From assembly GCA_043750125.1 (NCBI GenBank), contig JAYVCD010000430.1, positions 1 to 21,186 of the forward strand: a stretch of 21,186 bases of DNA, given 5' to 3'. This stretch comes from Archangiaceae bacterium. GTDB taxonomy: Bacteria > Myxococcota > Myxococcia > Myxococcales > Myxococcaceae. A program made the position numbers and the translations under genes. The notes beneath the pieces are model-generated. The model worked only from the letters and a program-made list of their open reading frames with translations, did no database searches and was not told the DNA's origin. Positions 16,940 to 21,186 of the stretch are shown in pieces. The stretch's first letter is position 1, and each line of letters begins with the position of its first letter.

Positions 16940-17793
16940 CGCAGAAATTCCTCGACCGCACGCGCGGTGTCCGGGTGGTTCATCACCCCGTAGTGATTGG
17001 CCTGAACTTCGATCGCCCGCGCGCGGGGGGCCGTGGACAAGAAACCGTCGCGATCGGCAGGGGTGACCACGTCGCCGCCTGGCGCGAGCGAAATGGCGGC
17101 GCGCACCAGCAAGGTCGAGGCGCCGATGCCCGACCACAGCGCGCGCACCTGCACGGTGGCCGCGTAGGCCAGGTCTTCCAGCACCGCAGCTGCACTGGCC
17201 CGCTGTCGAACCCCACCGGGCACCTGAATCAGGTCCTCGCGGTAGTGGGCTTCCCAGAAGGAACCCCAGGGCACGACGGCTGCGGCGCGGACCTTCGAAA
17301 GAAACTCTTCGGCCGAAGCGTGCACGGTGTTCAACCGGTTGACGGCTGCGAAGATGGGGGGCATCGCGCGGGGGTCGGGCACCCCCACCGCGTCAATCAG
17401 CACCAGGCGGCGAACGCGCTGGGGGGCAAGGTTGGCCAAGACCAGGCCGATGAACGCACCCATGCTGTGACCGATGAAGTCGAAACGATCGACGCCCAGA
17501 GCATCAGCAACCGACAAGACATCGCGGGCGTGATTTTCCCAACCGTGACTGCCCTGACGGCCCGCCGGGCTTCGGCCCCGACCGCGCAAATCCAACGCCG
17601 CCAATCCCCTGCCCCCACGGGCCAGGCTCTCGCCTACGGCGTCGAAGGTGAAGCAGTTCGCGGACAACCCGGGGACGGCAATCGCGAGTGGAGCCGCCTG
17701 AAGTCCATGAAGACGCACCCGCATCGGCCCGACGGCCAGGTCCAGCACCTGGTCCTTCGGCCCGCCGTCATGTTGCGTCGCAGCATCTTCCAT
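16936..17793 (-). CDS. Alpha/beta-fold hydrolase (lipase box GHSMG)
   Basis: PGLSAN oxyanion region, ALDLRGRGRS, FIGHSMGAFI, LVLID and C-terminal ANHY (catalytic His). The start is uncertain: ATG 17793 or a downstream GTG/ATG. Confidence 0.88.
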   Translation of the reverse strand: MEDAATQHDGGPKDQVLDLAVGPMRVRLHGLQAAPLAIAVPGLSANCFTFDAVGESLARGGRGLAALDLRGRGRSPAGRQGSHGWENHARDVLSVADALGVDRFDFIGHSMGAFIGLVLANLAPQRVRRLVLIDAVGVPDPRAMPPIFAAVNRLNTVHASAEEFLSKVRAAAVVPWGSFWEAHYREDLIQVPGGVRQRASAAAVLEDLAYAATVQVRALWSGIGASTLLVRAAISLAPGGDVVTPADRDGFLSTAPRARAIEVQANHYGVMNHPDTARAVEEFLR

Positions 17794-17935
17794 TCTTCCA
17801 CTTCCCTGCCTGACAGTTCCTGAGGTTCGGGAATACCCGGTAAAATGGTGCAACGCAACACGACGTTCTTGCGGGACACCCACGCTTCAAGCTGAAGAAG
17901 TTGGCTTGGAGCAGAATCGTTGCTGCGTCGCACCA
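17771..17935. promoter_or_regulatory. Three palindromic operator-like boxes (TGNTGCRNYGCANCA, PhaR-box-like) at a 75-bp period
   Basis: TGTTGCGTCGCAGCA (17771-17785), TGGTGCAACGCAACA (17846-17860) and TGCTGCGTCGCACCA (17921-17935). Confidence 0.7.
17830..17858 (-). promoter_or_regulatory. Putative promoter of the hydrolase-bdhA operon
   Basis: Minus strand TTGCGT (17858-17853), 17 bp spacer, TATTCC (17835-17830). The -35 lies inside the middle palindromic box. Confidence 0.4.
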
Positions 17936-17972
17936 TTTCCAAACTTCAAAAGGGGCTGGGTCTTCGCTCTTC

Positions 17973-18764
17973 TCAGCGGGGGGTGAAGACCGGAAAGAAC
18001 ACCCGGGGCGCGCGTTTTTTCCGAAGACACCGGGTGGCAGCGCTCATGTAACACACCGAAAAGGCCAGCCTTCGCTTCCCGGTGCGGCTGCGTCCCGACC
18101 GGTGCCAGAGCTTGTTGTGCACCAGCACAACTTCGCCGGCCACAGCGGGCAAGCTCACCGCCCGTTCATTGGCACGGGCCGCGGCGACTTTGTCTGGAGG
18201 GACGACCCCACCCAAAGGAGTGACGAGCCCCCCGACGTGGCTTCCGGGCAGCACCTCGAGACAGCCTCCATCGACGGGCGCGTCGTCGAGAGCGGTCCAG
18301 ATCTGCAGTTGGGGATCCTCGCTCAGGCCCCACAGCTTGCCGCCGTCCTGGTGCCAGGGAATGTCGCTTCCTCCGGGGATTCCCTTGTTGAAGAGAATCG
18401 CGCGATAGAGGACTGCCGGCCCGTCGAGCTGCTGGCGGACGACGGCCTCGAACAGGGGATTTTCGAGCCAGGCCAGAAACCGGGGATCTTTCTCGAGCTT
18501 TTCGAGCTTGCGGTACGCCAGCGAAGGCCCCTGCCAGCCCAGCCCAATCGGCGCGTCTTCGTATTTCCCCGTTTCGGCATCGAGCTGAAAAAACAGTCCC
18601 GGGTAGGTCACCCGCCCCATCATCAGGTCTTCGGCACGTTCGCGCAGGGCAACCAGGCCCGCGTCATCGAGGACCCGCCCCAGACGCGCATAGCCGTGCT
18701 CGGCCAGGTGGGCGAGCGCCTGGGTCAGGTCCAGTCGGTCGGTTCCGGGCAGCAGCATCGTCAT
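17973..18764 (-). CDS. Fe(II)/2-oxoglutarate dioxygenase, PhyH (phytanoyl-CoA dioxygenase) family
   Basis: EHGYARL, IPWHQD (HxD), WTALDDAPVDGGCLEVLPGSH, GEVVLVH..LWHRSG and RRLAFSVCY. ATGA overlap with the upstream AKR gene. Confidence 0.92.
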   Translation of the reverse strand: MTMLLPGTDRLDLTQALAHLAEHGYARLGRVLDDAGLVALRERAEDLMMGRVTYPGLFFQLDAETGKYEDAPIGLGWQGPSLAYRKLEKLEKDPRFLAWLENPLFEAVVRQQLDGPAVLYRAILFNKGIPGGSDIPWHQDGGKLWGLSEDPQLQIWTALDDAPVDGGCLEVLPGSHVGGLVTPLGGVVPPDKVAAARANERAVSLPAVAGEVVLVHNKLWHRSGRSRTGKRRLAFSVCYMSAATRCLRKKRAPRVFFPVFTPR

Positions 18765-19699
18765 CGGGCGTAGCGCGCGTTGGTGCCGACGAACGAAAGA
18801 TGAACGTCGTCGATCTTCGAGCGCAAGGACGGTGACAATTCAAAAGCGCAACCCGCGATCGCGGCGTCGAGGTGAGCGACGGAACCCGGCCCGGCGAGCA
18901 CCGAGTCGACCCCGGGTCGGCCGGCGAGCCAGGCGTAGGCCAGAGTGATGAGATCGATGCCTTCCGATTTCCCCACTTCCCCGAGCCGCCCAGCGAGCTC
19001 GAACAGCGGCTGGGTCCAGTAGCGCTCGGGGTAGATCGGGTTCAGCTCGAACCTCGAGCCCCTGGGAATGGGGGAGCCCACGGCCGGTGCGCGGGCGAGC
19101 ATTCCACCCGCCAGTGGATTGTAGACCGTGACGTGAATCGGGTTCTTGCGGGCAAAGGCGAAGAACTCGAGGTCCAACTGTCGGACCAGCACGTTGTAGA
19201 GCATCTGCGCCATCGCGGGCCGCGGAAGGTTCCGTGCATCGCAGGCGAAGTTCAGCTCGGCCACCTGCCAGGCGGCATGGTTCGAGACCCCCCACGCGCG
19301 AATTTTTCCGGACTCGAGCAAAGCGGCGATGCCGTCGAGCGTCTGATCTGTCGCCGTGAGCGGATCAGGCGCGTGCAGGTAATAGACGTCGACCCAGGTC
19401 GTCTGCAGCCGGGCGAGGCTCTCGTCGATCGCGATTTTCATCCGGGCGGGCGACAGTCCTTCCGGACGTCCCGACTGGCGCAGCAGCCCTACTTTGGTTG
19501 CGATTCGCACCCCGTCGCGGCGACCTTTGAGCGCCGTTCCGAGGATCTGCTCGGACTCTCCGTTTCCGTACATGTTGGCGGTGTCGAAGGACGTAACCCC
19601 CCGCTCGATCGCGCGATCGACGATGCGACGGGCCTCGGGCGCTGGAGTTCTGGCTCCAAAGTTCATCGCACCCACAGTGACCCGGTCGGAAGGAAACAC
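18761..19699 (-). CDS. Aldo/keto reductase
   Basis: GAMNFG, FDTANMYGNGESEQILG (Asp, Tyr), IATKVG (Lys), DVYYLHAPD (His), GKIRAWGVSN and YNPLAGG. Confidence 0.94.
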   Translation of the reverse strand: MFPSDRVTVGAMNFGARTPAPEARRIVDRAIERGVTSFDTANMYGNGESEQILGTALKGRRDGVRIATKVGLLRQSGRPEGLSPARMKIAIDESLARLQTTWVDVYYLHAPDPLTATDQTLDGIAALLESGKIRAWGVSNHAAWQVAELNFACDARNLPRPAMAQMLYNVLVRQLDLEFFAFARKNPIHVTVYNPLAGGMLARAPAVGSPIPRGSRFELNPIYPERYWTQPLFELAGRLGEVGKSEGIDLITLAYAWLAGRPGVDSVLAGPGSVAHLDAAIAGCAFELSPSLRSKIDDVHLSFVGTNARYAR

Positions 19700-19751
19700 G
19701 GGCGCACTGTAGAAGATCAGCGACAGCCGCGGCGCGGGCTATGTTGCCGCA

Positions 19752-21071
19752 GTGCAACCCGGCAAGCTCGCGCGTGTTCTTCTGGATCGTGGGTTGGTTG
19801 GAAAGTTCGTTCTCGATCAAACGCTGGTGAAGCTTCGGCCCAAAGAGACGCTTGCCGATCGGCTGGTCAGCGATTGCGTCATCAGCGAGGCCGATTTGCT
19901 TCGCGCGGTAGCCCAGTCGACGGGCACCAAGTTCATCAGCTCTCCCCGGCTGGCTGATTTGCGGCTTCCCGCCGAAGTGCTCGCGCTCATTTCGCTCGAG
20001 GCTTCCCAGGAGCTCGACGTGTTGCCGGTGGCCTACAACCCTGCCACCAGGGCACTGACCATCGTGATTGCGGACCCCGATCGACTGGGGAAGCTCGACG
20101 CGCTGCCACACGTTGGAAAGATGGAAGTCGTCGTCGCCAACGTGGCGATGCCGGCCGCGATTCGTGCCGCCATTCGCAGGATGCACGGGCTGGACAAGCA
20201 AGCTGCGACCGCAGGCGTTCGACCGATTGGAAAGTGCAGCGAGTGCTCCGAGCCCTACTTCGAAGATCAGCTCGAGTGCGTGCGGTGCGGCCTGTTGCTC
20301 AATGCCAACGCGCCCAACGACAACTCGGAAGCGCGCATCGTTCGAGCGCTGCTGTCTCAGCCTTCGGGCCTGCATCGGATTCCGTCGCGGGCCCAGGTGC
20401 ACGAGGGGCCCACCCGCCGTGGATTCGTGGTGCAGGTGACCGACGCTCAAACCCCAGAGCTCATTGCGTCGCTCGAAATCGCGCGCACGCTCTCTGAGTT
20501 CGAAGCCTTCGTGGTCTCGTTCATCGATGGAAAGATGACGGTCAAAGAGCTCTCGGAAGTGTCGGGGCTGACGGAAATCGAAATGAGATCCGTTCTGGCG
20601 TCTTTGTCCGAGCGGAAGGTGCTGCGGTTGAGAGAGCCGCCGCGTCCTCCCCCGGGAGTGCCGTTCAACACTCCGCCTGTTCCTCCGCCGGCCGGGATGA
20701 AGAAGCGCCCGGTTCCGCCCATGCTCAGAGCTGCCGACGCCCCAAGATCGCCGTCCGCGGCGGGGCTGCAACAGCAGTCGCAACACCTGGACGCCCAGGC
20801 CCAGATGGAAAATTCGCTTCAGGCCGCGTTGACCCTCGAGCGTCGGGGGGAAATCGCCGGAGCGATCTCGGTGCTGCGAACGGCGATCTCGCGCGCCTCG
20901 AACCCGGCCGCTCTGTACAACCGGCTGGCCCTCGTGATCCTCAACCAACGAAAAGACGTTCGGCAGGCCGAAGAGCTGATTCAGAAAGCCATCGAGTTCG
21001 AGCCCCACAATCCGGTGTTCAGGGCGAACCTGGTCAAGGTGCTCGGCTTCGCAGCGACCGCGAAGCGCTGA
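19752..21071 (+). CDS. Degenerate MshEN/T2SSE_N domain + zinc ribbon + wHTH-like + Pro-rich linker + TPR protein
   Basis: KLARVLLDRGLV...TLADRLVSDCVISEADLLRAVAQ and VLPV.....LTIVIADP (T2SSE_N-like); CSEC-x10-CVRC; LSEFEAFVVSFIDGKMTVKELSEVSGL; TPR-like ALYNRLA...AEELIQKAIEFEPHNPVFRANL. Confidence 0.8.
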   Translation: MQPGKLARVLLDRGLVGKFVLDQTLVKLRPKETLADRLVSDCVISEADLLRAVAQSTGTKFISSPRLADLRLPAEVLALISLEASQELDVLPVAYNPATRALTIVIADPDRLGKLDALPHVGKMEVVVANVAMPAAIRAAIRRMHGLDKQAATAGVRPIGKCSECSEPYFEDQLECVRCGLLLNANAPNDNSEARIVRALLSQPSGLHRIPSRAQVHEGPTRRGFVVQVTDAQTPELIASLEIARTLSEFEAFVVSFIDGKMTVKELSEVSGLTEIEMRSVLASLSERKVLRLREPPRPPPGVPFNTPPVPPPAGMKKRPVPPMLRAADAPRSPSAAGLQQQSQHLDAQAQMENSLQAALTLERRGEIAGAISVLRTAISRASNPAALYNRLALVILNQRKDVRQAEELIQKAIEFEPHNPVFRANLVKVLGFAATAKR

Positions 21072-21102
21072 ATCGGTGAACGACTGGAACTAGTACGACA
21101 GT

Positions 21103-21186
21103 TCAGAAGTTCGTGCTCGGTCCAAGGAGCCAAGGAAAGCTCTCAGCCACCATCGGTAGCACTTCGAGCAATTGCCCCTGGAAAGG
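21103..21186 (-). CDS. Possible C-terminal end of a CDS entering from beyond the window
   Basis: Open minus frame from the window edge, PFQGQLLEVLPMVAESFPWLLGPSTNF*, ending 31 bp from the convergent stop. Too short to confirm. Confidence 0.3.
   Translation of the reverse strand, partial: PFQGQLLEVLPMVAESFPWLLGPSTNF

Noticed and set aside
16940-17137. N-terminal extension of the bdhA ORF
   Set aside because: It lies inside the hydrolase gene. The SDR fold starts at ATG 16939 with an ATGA overlap.
17771-17935. 75-bp periodic repeats as a mini-CRISPR array
   Set aside because: The repeats are only about 15-19 bp, imperfect, and the middle one is inverted. There are only three copies and no cas genes, so operator boxes fit better.
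374-21008. Many long antisense or alternative-frame ORFs (e.g. 374-1708, 1781-3100, 3959-5032, 6329-7642, 8424-9890, 13733-15412, 19365-21008)
   Set aside because: They are shadow ORFs of well-supported genes in high-GC DNA, Arg/Gly/Pro-rich or codon-mirror in composition, with no recognisable motifs.

Overview
A gene-dense, GC-rich bacterial window that looks myxobacterial: it has a MYXO-CTERM-like sorting tail, a PEGA-containing Hanks-type kinase-like protein, two ATPase-less MshEN/T2SSE_N proteins and D[AGS]G-repeat linkers. It holds about 21 CDSs: the 3' part of an acetate kinase-PduL fusion, a quinone oxidoreductase, a small His-tract surface protein, agmatinase, an HtrA protease, a Kelch lipoprotein, a membrane pseudokinase, an MshEN protein, a VOC protein, CspA, a fatty acid desaturase, a SAM methyltransferase, secreted hypotheticals, a CrtI/RetSat-like oxidoreductase, an alpha/beta hydrolase-bdhA pair, an AKR-PhyH pair and an MshEN-like/Zn-ribbon/TPR protein. 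I saw no rRNA, tRNA, CRISPR array or mobile element. The main points of interest are: (i) three palindromic TGNTGCRNYGCANCA boxes exactly 75 bp apart upstream of the hydrolase-3-hydroxybutyrate dehydrogenase operon, resembling PhaR operators; (ii) the AckA-PduL fusion with no microcompartment genes in view; (iii) a kinase-fold protein lacking the catalytic Lys, DFG and catalytic-loop Asn; (iv) a recurrent TAnnnn-N6-start signature suggesting leaderless mRNAs; (v) a tiny His6, disulfide-loop MYXO-CTERM protein. All assignments come from reading motifs by eye; no database searches were run.
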